Of a DNA stretch of 64,000 nucleotides, positions 25,841 to 35,852 are shown piece after piece. The stretch covers positions 640,001 through 704,000 of the forward strand of contig CAVYJM010000006.1 of assembly GCA_963768855.1 (NCBI GenBank). The letters run 5' to 3'. Position 1 is the stretch's first letter. Each line of letters begins with the position of its first letter. The position numbers and the translations under genes were made by a program. The notes beneath the pieces were generated by a model, which was not told the DNA's origin, ran no database searches, and saw only the letters and a list, made by a program, of their open reading frames with translations. The DNA is from an uncultured Thermoplasmata archaeon (GTDB taxonomy: Archaea > Thermoplasmatota > Thermoplasmata > RBG-16-68-12).

Positions 25841-26530
25841 ATGATCACGCTCCTCGGCGTCGGGCACGTCTTCGACCTGGAGGCCTCCATCCGGAGCGCG
25901 ATCCAGCGGCGCGCCCCCAAGGTCGTCGCCCTGGAGCTCGACCCCGCCCGGTTCGCCTACCTGATGAACCGCCCGCCCCACGCCCGGAGGGCGTCCGTGT
26001 TCGGCTTGATCGCGGAGTTCCAGGCGCGAATCGCGCAGCAGTACGGCGTGCAGGTAGGCGACGAGATGGTCGCCGCCGCGAAGGTTGCGCGGGAGGTCGG
26101 CTCCGAGATCGCCCTGATCGACCAGGACTCGCGGGTCACCCTGAGCCGGGCGTGGCAGTCCATGTCCTTTCCGGAGCGGGTCCGCCTCGTCGTGTTCGCC
26201 GTGAGCGGGCTCTTCGTCCGCCGGAAGCGGGTCGAGGCGGAGCTCGACCGGTTCTACCAGGACGAGAGCGGCTACATCGAGCAGTTCGCGAAGGAGCTCC
26301 CCACCGTGAAGCGCGTCCTGATCGACGAGCGCGATGCGCACATGGCGGACGCGCTGCGGCAGCTGCACGCCGCGAAGGGCGAGGTCGTCGCGGTCGTCGG
26401 CGACGGCCACGTGGACGGGCTCGGTCGCCTCCTTCACGACGTGCCCCTCGAGGTCGTGCGCCTGCGCGAGCTCCAGCAGGGAGCGCCACCCGGTAGCTCC
26501 GCCTCCGCGACCGTCTCCTATCGTCTCTGA
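25841..26530 (+). CDS. TraB/PrgY/GumN-family protein
   Basis: ITLLGVGHV, VVALELD, LIDERDAHMA and VVGDGH motifs; ATG 25841 follows a TATA-like element. Confidence 0.85.
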   Translation: MITLLGVGHVFDLEASIRSAIQRRAPKVVALELDPARFAYLMNRPPHARRASVFGLIAEFQARIAQQYGVQVGDEMVAAAKVAREVGSEIALIDQDSRVTLSRAWQSMSFPERVRLVVFAVSGLFVRRKRVEAELDRFYQDESGYIEQFAKELPTVKRVLIDERDAHMADALRQLHAAKGEVVAVVGDGHVDGLGRLLHDVPLEVVRLRELQQGAPPGSSASATVSYRL

Positions 26531-27009
26531 TGCGGCCGCCGCGGGATCCACCGGGGCACGAGGTCGCGGTACGCCCGGTAGGCCTCTCCATACCTTTCTT
26601 CGAGGGACCGTTCCTCGTGGCGCACGATGAACTGGACCGGGAGGCCGAGCAGGAGTACGAGCAGGGCGGCCGCCGGAGACGCCACCGCGAAGGCGAGGCC
26701 GAGCGCGGCGAGGGCATGGGAGAGGATGATCGGATTGCGGGTCCATGCGAACGGCCCCAGAGTCACCAGGGTCTGCGGCGGCACGAGCGGATTGGGCGTC
26801 CCCTTCCCGACGCGGACGAAGAGCGTGAAGCACCAGGCGATCCCGGCCGCACCGGCCGCGAGCGGTAGGAGGCCGATCCACCGCACCGCTTCCGGGAACG
26901 GGGCCCAGCCGAGCAGGCCGTCGAGGGCGAGCCCCGCCGCCGGCAGCCCGGCATAGAGGGCGACGAAGAGGGCCACGCTCTCGAGCCAGGCGGCCGCGCG
27001 GCTTGCCAC
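26518..27009 (-). CDS. ICMT/PEMT-family membrane methyltransferase
   Basis: LVTLGPFAWTRNP and EERSLEERYGEAYRAYRDLVPRWIP motifs; start uncertain (GTG 27009 chosen). Confidence 0.8.
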   Translation of the reverse strand: MASRAAAWLESVALFVALYAGLPAAGLALDGLLGWAPFPEAVRWIGLLPLAAGAAGIAWCFTLFVRVGKGTPNPLVPPQTLVTLGPFAWTRNPIILSHALAALGLAFAVASPAAALLVLLLGLPVQFIVRHEERSLEERYGEAYRAYRDLVPRWIPRRPHQRR

Positions 27010-27127
27010 GTCCGCGGCGAGCGCCTCCGGCCTATTTCCGTGTTCGTCCGGCTGGCCTGGCCCGGGCGTGCGGTCCGCGGACCTCCCGGCAACCCTTAAG
27101 CCCGCGGCCCGCGTTCGCACGGCCACC

Positions 27128-28414
27128 ATGGTCGTGACGCAGGCCGATCCCGCCAAGGAGGCCACGGCCGAGTGGCTCCGGACGCAGTACCGGCGCTACT
27201 ATGCCACGACGAAGCGCATCCTACCCGACCGGTTCGGCCGGCGGGAATTCGGCTTCATGTTCTTCAACAGCACGATGGTCATCCGCCACCTCGGCTTCGC
27301 CCGCGAGCAGGAGCTGACCGACTTCCTCGTCGGCAAGACGCCGGCCCACGCCTACTACTCCTCGGCGTACTACGAGAAGCCGGGCGCGCCGACGATGGAA
27401 GAGAAGGGCTGGCTCGGCGCCGATCTGATCTTCGACCTCGACGCGGACCACCTGCCCAACGCGAAGTCGATGAGCTACCCCGAGATGCTCGAGGCGATCC
27501 GCCAGCGGATCATGAAGCTCTACGACGACTTCCTGCGGTCCGACTTCGGGTTTGACGAGGCCCGGATGCGCCTCGTGTTCTCCGGGGGCCGGGGGTACCA
27601 CATCCACGTCTTCGACGAGCGCGTGTGGACCCTCGGCAGCCACGAGCGCCGCGAGATCGTGGACTGGGTCACGGGGAAGGGGCTCGACGTCGATTCCCTG
27701 TTCCGCGAGTCCGCGTTCGACAAGCGCGAGTTCCAGGGCCGTGCGCGCGTGAAGAAGAAGGTCATTGGGCCGGCGCAGAACGAGCCGGGCTGGCGGGGCA
27801 AGATCGCACGGGGCATGGACCAGCTCGTGACGACGCTCGAGGCGATGGACCATGACAAGGCGGTCGCGTTCCTGGTCTCCTTCGAGGGCGTCAAGGAGTC
27901 CGCGGCCGAGGACCTCTGCGAGAACCTTTTCAAGCCGCGGGCCACGAAGCCGAAGGTCATCCGGGGCGTCGACCGACTGCGGGAGGGGCAGATCGAGGCC
28001 CTGTCCGACCGAAGCCGGGACCTCCTTATCCGGATCGTCAAGGAGGTGCAGGAGATCCACCTCGACCAGCAGGCCGGGGTCGCGCTGGATGGGATCGTCC
28101 AGCGAGGCGACACGGACGAACCCGTCACCTCGGACATCAAGCGCCTCATCCGGCTGCCGTCAAGCTTGCACGGGAAGACCGGGCTCCGCGTCATCCCGCT
28201 CACCCGCGACGAGGTCGACGGCTTCCGCCCGCTCCGCGACGCGGTCCCGGATACGTGGACGGACGAGCCCGTCTCCATGCGGCTGGCCAATAGAATCAAT
28301 CTGGAGATTAAGGGAGAAGCCTTTAATTTGGCACCTGGGGTAAACGACATCCCGCAGTTCCTGGCCATCTTCCTCGCGGCCAGAGGACTCGCCACGGTCA
28401 ACCCAGAGGCCTAA
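27128..28414 (+). CDS. priS: DNA primase catalytic (small) subunit
   Basis: RREFGF, YYSSAYY, LIFDLDAD (catalytic DxD), FSGGRGYH and RLIRLPSSLHGKTG motifs. Confidence 0.95.
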   Translation: MVVTQADPAKEATAEWLRTQYRRYYATTKRILPDRFGRREFGFMFFNSTMVIRHLGFAREQELTDFLVGKTPAHAYYSSAYYEKPGAPTMEEKGWLGADLIFDLDADHLPNAKSMSYPEMLEAIRQRIMKLYDDFLRSDFGFDEARMRLVFSGGRGYHIHVFDERVWTLGSHERREIVDWVTGKGLDVDSLFRESAFDKREFQGRARVKKKVIGPAQNEPGWRGKIARGMDQLVTTLEAMDHDKAVAFLVSFEGVKESAAEDLCENLFKPRATKPKVIRGVDRLREGQIEALSDRSRDLLIRIVKEVQEIHLDQQAGVALDGIVQRGDTDEPVTSDIKRLIRLPSSLHGKTGLRVIPLTRDEVDGFRPLRDAVPDTWTDEPVSMRLANRINLEIKGEAFNLAPGVNDIPQFLAIFLAARGLATVNPEA

Positions 28415-28421
28415 AGCACCC

Positions 28422-30560
28422 ATGTCGGGGTACCAGCAACGCATCCAGGGCATGGACCGGCTCCTCCGAATCCGGCGCATGCGCAAGGCCGTCTACGCAG
28501 CCCTGCTCTTCGTCACGGTCGTCCTCATGTACGCGCGAATGCAGAGCGAGGGCGGCAGCCTCAAGCCCTTCTTCGTCCCCCTGGACGGCGTCGTCGAGAT
28601 CGGCCTGATGATGGGCCTGGTCGGCACGATCCTCGGGTTGTACCTCAAGAACCTAGAGATCCAGCGCGCCCAGACGGACAGCCAGCGGTACCTGCTGTCC
28701 AAGTACAGCATGAGCCGCGCGATGACCACAGCGATCCTCGCGCTCGCGCTCGGGGTCATCCTCCTCATCCCCTTGACCGGCGCAGGCCTGGCGTCCGTCG
28801 TGACGGAGCCCGCCCGGTACGTGAGCATCTCACCTGGGTCGTCCGAGACGGTCCTCTTCGCGAGCCCGGATGCCTTCGGCGTCAGCTACGTGAAGACGGT
28901 CCATGTGCAGGCCGCCTCTGGGTCCATCGGCGTCCTGATCGTCAAGAACAACGGGACGGTGGCGAGCGGCTCCGTGAGCGGCTCGAACTCCCTCGACCTG
29001 TCCATCCAGCCGAACGGATGGTCCACGAACGCGAATTGGTCCCTTGTGTTCCACAACATCGGGGGCTCGACGACCGCCTCGCTGACCTACAGTCTGACTC
29101 GGCCGCACTCATGCCGTCTCTCTTCTCGACGGTCCCCTTCCTTCTCTTCCTCTACGTGGCCGCGAACCTCGGCTGGTGGTTCGGCCTCCGGCCTATCCGG
29201 GACCGGACGAAGGCCGAGGCCCTCTATGCAGGGACCAACAACTCGACCGTGATGGACATGGGCGAGCGCGCGTACGTGGAGTACGCGATGCAGCCCCAGG
29301 CCGAATCCGCGCGCGGCTCTCCCCGCGGCGTTCGAACCGCCGCCCCCGCCCCCCTCGACGCCTCCGCCTCCTCCCGCTCCGGCAGTCTCGGTCCCGATGC
29401 CCGTCGTCAAGCCGGCGGCGGAACCGCGATCGGTTCCGCAGGCCGAGACCGCGGACACCCTCGCCGCGAAGGGGGACACGCTGTTCACCCTGCAGCAATA
29501 CCCCTCCGCGATCGCGGCCTACGATGAATCGCTGCGGATCAACCCGAACTCGGTTCGGGTCCTCCTGTCCAAGGCGACCGCCCTGAGCGCCATGACCGAC
29601 ACGGGCACGGCCCTCGACGTCTACCGTCGGGTCCTCGCCCTCGAGCCGGGGAACGAGCTCGCCCTCCGCGAATCCTCCAAGCTCCTCGCCGTGCAGCGGC
29701 GCTGGCGGGAGTGCCTCGAGAACACCGAGGCGCTGCTGCAGCGACGGCCCAACGATGTCGGAGCGCTCCAGCTGAAAGGCGACGTCCTCACGAACCTCGG
29801 CCGACGCGCCGAGGCGCTCGCGGCCTTCGAGGCCGCGCAGGCCCTGGACCCGCAGGACGCGAATCTGAGGCAGAAGATCGAGGAGGTCCGCGTCGACGTC
29901 CCCGGCCTCCTGAGCCGCGCGCTGATTGCCTCGGCGAGCGGCAATTATCCCCAGGCCCTGAACCTCTTCGACGACATCCTCGAGGTCGAGCCGAGCAACG
30001 TCAATGCGCTCATCGGGAAGGCGGTCGCCTACCGCCGCAGCGGCAAGCCGAACGAGGCGGTGAACTGCCTCGACATGGTCCTGAACTACCAACCGACGAA
30101 CGCCTCCGCGCTGCTGCACCGGGGGCGCCTGCTCGCCGAGAAGGGTGACCTCGACGCGGCCCTCGAGGCCTTCGACAAGCTCGTCACGATCAGTCCGCAG
30201 GACGAGGAGGCCTGGGCAGCCCAGGGCGACGTCTTCGTCAAGATGGGCCGGGACGACGATGCGCTGCGCGCGTTCTCGGAGGCCCTGAAGCTCAACCCGG
30301 GTGACGAGGAGATCCAGCACAAGATCCACGAGCTGGAGACCTCGCGGTCCGTCCACGCGGACATCCTCCAGGACCTGTATCGGATCAAAGGGGTCGGACC
30401 CGCGCGCGCGAAGGCGCTGATCGAGGCGGGGTTCCGGACCGCAGAGGACTACGAGAAGGCGACCGTGGAGCAGCTCCTTGCAGTCAAGGGGATCACGCGG
30501 CGGATCGCGGAGGACCTCGTGAAACACTTCAAGGTGCCCGTCCCCGTCGCGGCGCACTGA
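28422..30560 (+). CDS. Membrane-anchored TPR protein with C-terminal helix-hairpin-helix pair; two compensating frameshifts
   Basis: Adding G at 29096 (YSL|DSAALM) and removing C at 29312 (ESA|AALPAAFEPPPP) joins three ORFs into about 712 aa: 3 TM, beta domain, TM, Pro linker, TPRs, and IKGVGPARA..VKGITRRIA HhH motifs. Confidence 0.75.
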
Positions 30561-30563
30561 CGC

Positions 30564-31571
30564 TCAGGCGAGCCCGCGGTACTGCACTTCGTAGTAGGCG
30601 CGGAACTCCCCCGACTTGACCGGCTTCCACCACGCCTCGTTCGTGCGGTACCATTCGACCGTCTCCCGCAGCCCCTGTTCGAAGGTCCGGGAGGGTTTCC
30701 ACCCGAGGCGCGCGCGGATCTTCGTCCAGTCCACCGCATGCCGAGCCACGTTCCCGGGTCGGTCGGCGACGGAGCGCAGGAGGGACTGCGGCTTGCCGAG
30801 CGCTTCCAGGATGGCCGTCGCCACGGTCCGGACGTCCCGCTCCTGGTCCGCCCCGATGTTGAAGACCTCGCCCTCGACGTCTCGCGCCGTGAGGAGGAGG
30901 TCCAGGGCCGCGCAATGGTCGTCCACGTGGATCCAGTCCCGCGAGCTCGTGCCCTCCCCGTACATGGGGAGCGGCTGCTCCTCCAGGGCATTCGTCACGA
31001 AGAGGGGGATGAGCTTCTCCGGGTGCTGGTACGGCCCGTAGTTGTTCGTGCAGCGGGAGATGACGGCCGGGAGCCCGTACGTCGTGAAGTAGGACCACAC
31101 GAGGCGGTCCGCGCCGGCCTTGCTCGCCGCGTAGGGCGACTTCGGCGAGAGCGTCGCGGCCTCCGTGCAGGGCGCGTCGCCCGCCTCGCCGTAGACCTCG
31201 TCCGTCGAGATGTGCACGAGCCGCGAGACGTCGGCCTTGCGGCATGCCTCGAGGACCGCGTACGTTCCGACCACGTCGGTCAGGATGAAGGAGCCGGCAT
31301 CCAGGATGGAGCGGTCCACGTGGGTCTCCGCGGCGAAGTGGACGACGGCATCCGCCCCGCGGACGACGCGATCCATGAGTCCCCGGTCACACACGTCCCC
31401 GCGGACGAACGTGAGCCTCTTGTCGTCCTTGAAGTCCTTCAGGTTGTTCGGGTTGCCCGCGTAGGTGAGCTTGTCTACGACGAGGATCTCGTCCGTACCG
31501 GAGGCAAGCCGCCGCCGGACGAAGTTGCTCCCGATGAACCCCATGCCGCCCGTGACGACGAGGCGCGCCAT
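30564..31571 (-). CDS. rfbB: dTDP-glucose 4,6-dehydratase
   Basis: TGGMGFIG, DKLTYAGN, HFAAETHVDRS, STDEVYG, YAASK and NNYGPYQHPEK motifs. Confidence 0.96.
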   Translation of the reverse strand: MARLVVTGGMGFIGSNFVRRRLASGTDEILVVDKLTYAGNPNNLKDFKDDKRLTFVRGDVCDRGLMDRVVRGADAVVHFAAETHVDRSILDAGSFILTDVVGTYAVLEACRKADVSRLVHISTDEVYGEAGDAPCTEAATLSPKSPYAASKAGADRLVWSYFTTYGLPAVISRCTNNYGPYQHPEKLIPLFVTNALEEQPLPMYGEGTSSRDWIHVDDHCAALDLLLTARDVEGEVFNIGADQERDVRTVATAILEALGKPQSLLRSVADRPGNVARHAVDWTKIRARLGWKPSRTFEQGLRETVEWYRTNEAWWKPVKSGEFRAYYEVQYRGLA

Positions 31572-31577
31572 GCCGCC

Positions 31578-32039
31578 TCACTTGAGCTGGACGTCCCAGT
31601 CGTACGGGATGTCCTTCGAGTTGGACGGCACGCGGAACTCGTCCGGCTTCGCGTAGTCGTAGAGCTCCGTCGGGAAGTTCACCACGTACACGGGCTCGCC
31701 GCCGATCGCCTTGAACCCATGGAGCACGTAGGGCGGGATCTTGATGAGCATCGGGTTCCGCTCGCCCGGAAAGAACTCGTTCACCTTGCCCTTCGTCGGC
31801 GAGCCTTCGCGGGAGTCGTAGCACACGACCTTCGCGGTGCCGTTCACGACGACGAAGTGGTCCGTCTGCTTCTTGTGATAGTGCCAGCCCTTCACGATCC
31901 CCGGGTACGCGATCGTGATGTAGGACTGGGCGAAGCGGTCGAACTCAGGCCAGTCGGTCCGGAGCATCTCCATGAGGTACCCGCGTTCGTCGTGGATCTG
32001 CCGGAGGGCCCGGACCTGGACGCCCTGGATGAGGTCCAT
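31578..32039 (-). CDS. rfbC: dTDP-4-dehydrorhamnose 3,5-epimerase (cupin)
   Basis: DERGYLME, GIVKGWHYH and IPPYVLHGF motifs; alternative TTG start at 32057. Confidence 0.9.
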   Translation of the reverse strand: MDLIQGVQVRALRQIHDERGYLMEMLRTDWPEFDRFAQSYITIAYPGIVKGWHYHKKQTDHFVVVNGTAKVVCYDSREGSPTKGKVNEFFPGERNPMLIKIPPYVLHGFKAIGGEPVYVVNFPTELYDYAKPDEFRVPSNSKDIPYDWDVQLK

Positions 32040-32124
32040 CGGAATCAGGTCGGTCAAGGAGGCGTCGGTACATAGGCCTTCTCCCCTCGAAGGGTTTTTG
32101 GCGGCCCGACCCCTCCGGGGGTCC

Positions 32125-33009
32125 GTGTCCCGGGTCCTCGTCGTGGGCGGAGCGGGCCTGCTGGGCCAGCACGTGATCGCGGAGGCGGTGCAGCGAGGCC
32201 ATGAGGTCGTCGCGACGCACCGGGGCACCGCGCCGACACGACCCGCCGTCACCTGGAAGGAGCTCGACATCCGGGACCGCGAGGCGAGCCGCACGCTCGT
32301 CCGGGAGGTCGCACCGGCCGTCGTGGTCAACGCGGCCGCGATGACCGACGTCGATGGATGCGAGGATCGCCCGGAGGAGGCCCAGGCGGTGAACGCCCTC
32401 GCGCCGGCCGCGCTCGCCTCCGCGACGAAGGCCGCAGGGGCGAGGTTCGTCCACGTGTCCACGGACTATGTGTTCGACGGCCAGGGTCCGGCCACGGAGG
32501 CCACGGAGCCCCACCCCCTCGGAGCCTACGGGCGCACGAAGCTCGACGGCGAGCGCCGGGCGGTCCAGGCCGACCCGAACGCGGTCGTCGTGCGTCTGTC
32601 CGCGGTCTTCGGATGGAACCGGGTCTCCTCGAAGACGAACGCCGTGACGTGGATCCTGCAGAAGGTGGAGGGCGGCGAGGAGGTCCGCCTCTTCCAGGAC
32701 CAGCGCGTCACCCCGACGTACGCGAAGACGGCCGCCGCGGCGCTCCTGGATCTGGGCGAGCTCGACGCGCGCGGGACCTTCCACGTCGCCTCCAAAGACT
32801 GCGTGTCCCGCCTGGAGATGGGACAGGCGATCGTGGAGGCGTTCGGCATCCCGGGCGCGAGGCTCGTGCCCGTGGCGATGGGGAGTGTCACCCTGAAGGC
32901 TCCCCGCCCCCCGGCGCCGTGTCTCGTGGTCAAGAAGGCCGAGGAAACCTTGAAGAGGCCCATGCCCGGATTCCGCGCCTGCCTGGAAGACATGAGGGAG
33001 ACCCGATGA
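32125..33009 (+). CDS. rfbD: dTDP-4-dehydrorhamnose reductase
   Basis: VVGGAGLLG, NAAAMTDVDGCE, HVSTDYVFDG, YGRTK and DQRVTPT motifs. Confidence 0.93.
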   Translation: MSRVLVVGGAGLLGQHVIAEAVQRGHEVVATHRGTAPTRPAVTWKELDIRDREASRTLVREVAPAVVVNAAAMTDVDGCEDRPEEAQAVNALAPAALASATKAAGARFVHVSTDYVFDGQGPATEATEPHPLGAYGRTKLDGERRAVQADPNAVVVRLSAVFGWNRVSSKTNAVTWILQKVEGGEEVRLFQDQRVTPTYAKTAAAALLDLGELDARGTFHVASKDCVSRLEMGQAIVEAFGIPGARLVPVAMGSVTLKAPRPPAPCLVVKKAEETLKRPMPGFRACLEDMRETR

Positions 33010-34079
33010 AAGGCCTGATTCTTGCCGGCGGGGCGGGCACGCGGCTCCGTCCCCTGACCCACACAGGGCCCAAGCAGCTCATCCCGATCGCGAACAAACC
33101 CAACATCCTGTACTGCCTCGAGGACCTCCGCGACGCCGGCGTCACGGAGATCGGCATCATCCTCGGCGACAACCAGCCCGAGAAAGTCCGCGAGCTCTTG
33201 AAGGATGGCGGCGAGTTCGGCGTCCACCTCACGTACGTGGTCCAGGGCGCGCCCCGCGGCATCGCCCACGCGATCGGTTGTGCGGAGGACTTCCTGAAGG
33301 GAGGACCGTTCTGCGTGTACCTTGGGGACAACCTCCTCAAAGGTGGAATCCGCGACATGGTGGCGGAGTTCGCTTCGGGCGACGCCGACGCGGAGATTGC
33401 CCTGTGCCATGTCTCGGAGCCGCAGCGGTTTGGCGTCGCCGAACTCGACGCGGAGGGACGCGTCGTCCGGCTGGTCGAGAAACCCAAGGACCCGAAGAGC
33501 GATCTCGCCCTCGTCGGGATTTACTTCCTGCGAGACCGCATCTTCCCGATCATCCGCTCCCTCAAACCTTCGTGGCGCAACGAGCTGGAGATCACGGACG
33601 CGCTCGAGACGTTGCGGGCGCAGGGCGGGTTGGTCCACGCGCACATCGTGACGGGCTGGTGGAAGGACACAGGCAAGCCGGAGGACATCCTCGATGCCAA
33701 CCGCCTGATTCTGGACGAGCTGCAACCCCGTATCGAGGGGATCGTCGAGGACGGCGCGGAGATCAAGGGGCGCGTTGCGATCGGGCCCGGTTCCGTCGTC
33801 CGCCGGGGCGCGGTGATCCACGGCCCCGCGATTATCGGACGCGACTGCCAAATCGGCCCGGGCACGTACATCGGTCCGTACACGACCGTCGGCGACCGAA
33901 CGGTGATCGAATTCGCAGACATCGAAAACTCAATCCTGCTCCCCGACGTCCACCTGGCGACCCGCCACAAGATCGTCGGGAGCCTCATCGGGAGCCACAG
34001 CCACATCACGGAGGACGAGCAGGCGCGGCCCCGCGGCATGCGGGTCGTGTTGGGAGAGCACAGCCACGTGCGGCTGTGA
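33006..34079 (+). CDS. rfbA: Glucose-1-phosphate thymidylyltransferase, long form
   Basis: LAGGAGTRLRPLT..PKQL, YLGDN, LVEKP, ELEITD and WWKDTG motifs, plus a C-terminal left-handed beta-helix. Confidence 0.95.
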   Translation: MKGLILAGGAGTRLRPLTHTGPKQLIPIANKPNILYCLEDLRDAGVTEIGIILGDNQPEKVRELLKDGGEFGVHLTYVVQGAPRGIAHAIGCAEDFLKGGPFCVYLGDNLLKGGIRDMVAEFASGDADAEIALCHVSEPQRFGVAELDAEGRVVRLVEKPKDPKSDLALVGIYFLRDRIFPIIRSLKPSWRNELEITDALETLRAQGGLVHAHIVTGWWKDTGKPEDILDANRLILDELQPRIEGIVEDGAEIKGRVAIGPGSVVRRGAVIHGPAIIGRDCQIGPGTYIGPYTTVGDRTVIEFADIENSILLPDVHLATRHKIVGSLIGSHSHITEDEQARPRGMRVVLGEHSHVRL

Positions 34080-34130
34080 CCTCGGCGAGGCAAGTTCTTA
34101 AGTAGCGGCTACCCTTGCCATCTGGTTTCC

Positions 34131-34361
34131 ATGAAAGCGTTTCGCATCAGCGGCCGCTTCCGCATGGGCCATGACTGGCAGGCGTACTCCAAGGAGGTCG
34201 CCGCCGCCGACGAGGCCGCGGCGCGGGAACGGCTCCTGTCGATCCTGGGGAGCCAGCACGGCGTGGCGCGGAAGTACATCGAGATCCGCGAGGTCGCCGA
34301 GGTCCCCGTCGCCGAGCTCCGCGACCACGCGGTGAAGTACACCGTGGAGGTCAGCAAATGA
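34131..34361 (+). CDS. rpl18a: 50S ribosomal protein L18Ae (LX)
   Basis: MKAFRISGRF..G...YSKEV...ARERLLSILGSQHGVARKYIEI, in the conserved rpl18a-pfdA-ftsY order. Confidence 0.93.
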   Translation: MKAFRISGRFRMGHDWQAYSKEVAAADEAAARERLLSILGSQHGVARKYIEIREVAEVPVAELRDHAVKYTVEVSK

Positions 34362-34804
34362 GCGGGTCGGAAGCGGATCTCCGTCGCGGGCTCGCCGTCC
34401 TGGACCAATACCGGGAGCAGCTCGAGTCCCTCGCTCAGCAGCAGGAGATCGTCCGCGTCTCCCTCGAGGAACACCTGCGGGCCAAGGAGACGCTCCTCCG
34501 CTATCAGCAGGCCGGGAAGGGCGCGGAGGTCCTCGTCCCCGTCGGCGCGAACGCGTTCCTCGTGGCCGAGGTGAAGGACGCCGCGAAGGCGTTCGTCGGC
34601 GTGGGGTCGGACCTCGTCCTCTTCGATGACATCCCGAAGCAGATCGAGCGTCTCGACGTGCGCGTCAAGTCGATCAGCGAGGCGATGGCCGCCATCGGGC
34701 AGCGTCTCGCGGAACTCCAGGAGCGCGCAGAAAACCAGAGCGCTTCCGTTCAGAGCCTGTACGACCGCCTCCAGGGGACCGCGGACGCGGGCGGGCGACC
34801 GTAG
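34358..34804 (+). CDS. pfdA: Prefoldin subunit alpha
   Basis: Coiled coil-EVLVPVGANAFL..VGVGSD-coiled coil; ATGA overlap with rpl18a. Confidence 0.93.
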   Translation: MSGSEADLRRGLAVLDQYREQLESLAQQQEIVRVSLEEHLRAKETLLRYQQAGKGAEVLVPVGANAFLVAEVKDAAKAFVGVGSDLVLFDDIPKQIERLDVRVKSISEAMAAIGQRLAELQERAENQSASVQSLYDRLQGTADAGGRP

Positions 34805-35851
34805 ATGTTCAAGTCCCTCCGCGAGAAACTGGCCGCGTGGCGGGAGAAGGCCGAGGCCGAGGTCGAGGAGGAGACGAAGGAGGAGCCGGCCGCGACACCC
34901 CGGGCCGTTCCGGCGTCGAAGCCGGGTCTCGCCGCCAGACCCCAGGCCCCCGGGCGGTCCGTGCCTTCTTCCAAAGTGATCGGCGACTCCGGTCGGAAGC
35001 TGAAGGAGGACAAGCTCGAGGAGATCCTCTACGACCTGGAGATCGCCCTCCTCGAGTCCGATGTCGCCTTCCCCGTCGCGAAGGAGGTCGTCGACACGCT
35101 CGCGGGGGAGCTGCGCGGCAAGCGTGTGGCCCGCGAGGTCTCCGTCGAGAAGGGCGTTGAGGCCGCCCTGCGCGACGCGATCACGAAGGCCATGACGGTG
35201 CCGACGATCGACCTCTTCGAGATTATCAAGTCGCACCCGAAGCCCCTCGTCATCATGTTCGTCGGCGTCAACGGCACCGGGAAGACGACGACGATCGCGA
35301 AGCTCGCCTACCACATCCAGAAGAAGGGATACACGGCCGTCGTCGCGGCCGCGGACACGTTCCGGGCCGGTGCGATCGAGCAGCTCGAGAAGCACGCGGA
35401 GGCCGTCGGGTTCAAGCTCATCAAGCACGAGGCGGGATCGGACCCCGCCGCGGTCGCATACGACGCGGTCGAGCACGCCCGAGCGCGCAAGCGCGATGTG
35501 GTGCTCATCGACACCGCGGGCCGGATGCAGACGAACACGAACCTGATGGACCAGATGAAGAAGATCAAGCGCGTGGCGGACCCGGACCTCGTGTTCTACA
35601 TCGGGGACGCCCTCGCCGGGAACGACGCGATCGAGCAGGCGAAGGATTTCCACGAGTCCGTCGGGCTCGACGGCATCGTCCTCACGAAGATCGATGCGGA
35701 CGCGAAGGGCGGCGCGGCCCTCTCGATCGCCCACACGATCGGCAAGCCCGTCGTCTTCGTGAGCACGGGTCAGGGTTACGACGACATCCGGCGGTTCAAC
35801 GTGAAGTGGATGGTCGACCGCCTCCTGTCCCCCGAGGAGAAGGAGGCATAG
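34805..35851 (+). CDS. ftsY: Signal recognition particle receptor FtsY
   Basis: GVNGTGKTT, DTFRAGAIEQL, DTAGR, TKIDADAKGG and GQGYDD motifs. Confidence 0.97.
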   Translation: MFKSLREKLAAWREKAEAEVEEETKEEPAATPRAVPASKPGLAARPQAPGRSVPSSKVIGDSGRKLKEDKLEEILYDLEIALLESDVAFPVAKEVVDTLAGELRGKRVAREVSVEKGVEAALRDAITKAMTVPTIDLFEIIKSHPKPLVIMFVGVNGTGKTTTIAKLAYHIQKKGYTAVVAAADTFRAGAIEQLEKHAEAVGFKLIKHEAGSDPAAVAYDAVEHARARKRDVVLIDTAGRMQTNTNLMDQMKKIKRVADPDLVFYIGDALAGNDAIEQAKDFHESVGLDGIVLTKIDADAKGGAALSIAHTIGKPVVFVSTGQGYDDIRRFNVKWMVDRLLSPEEKEA

Positions 35852-35852
35852 G

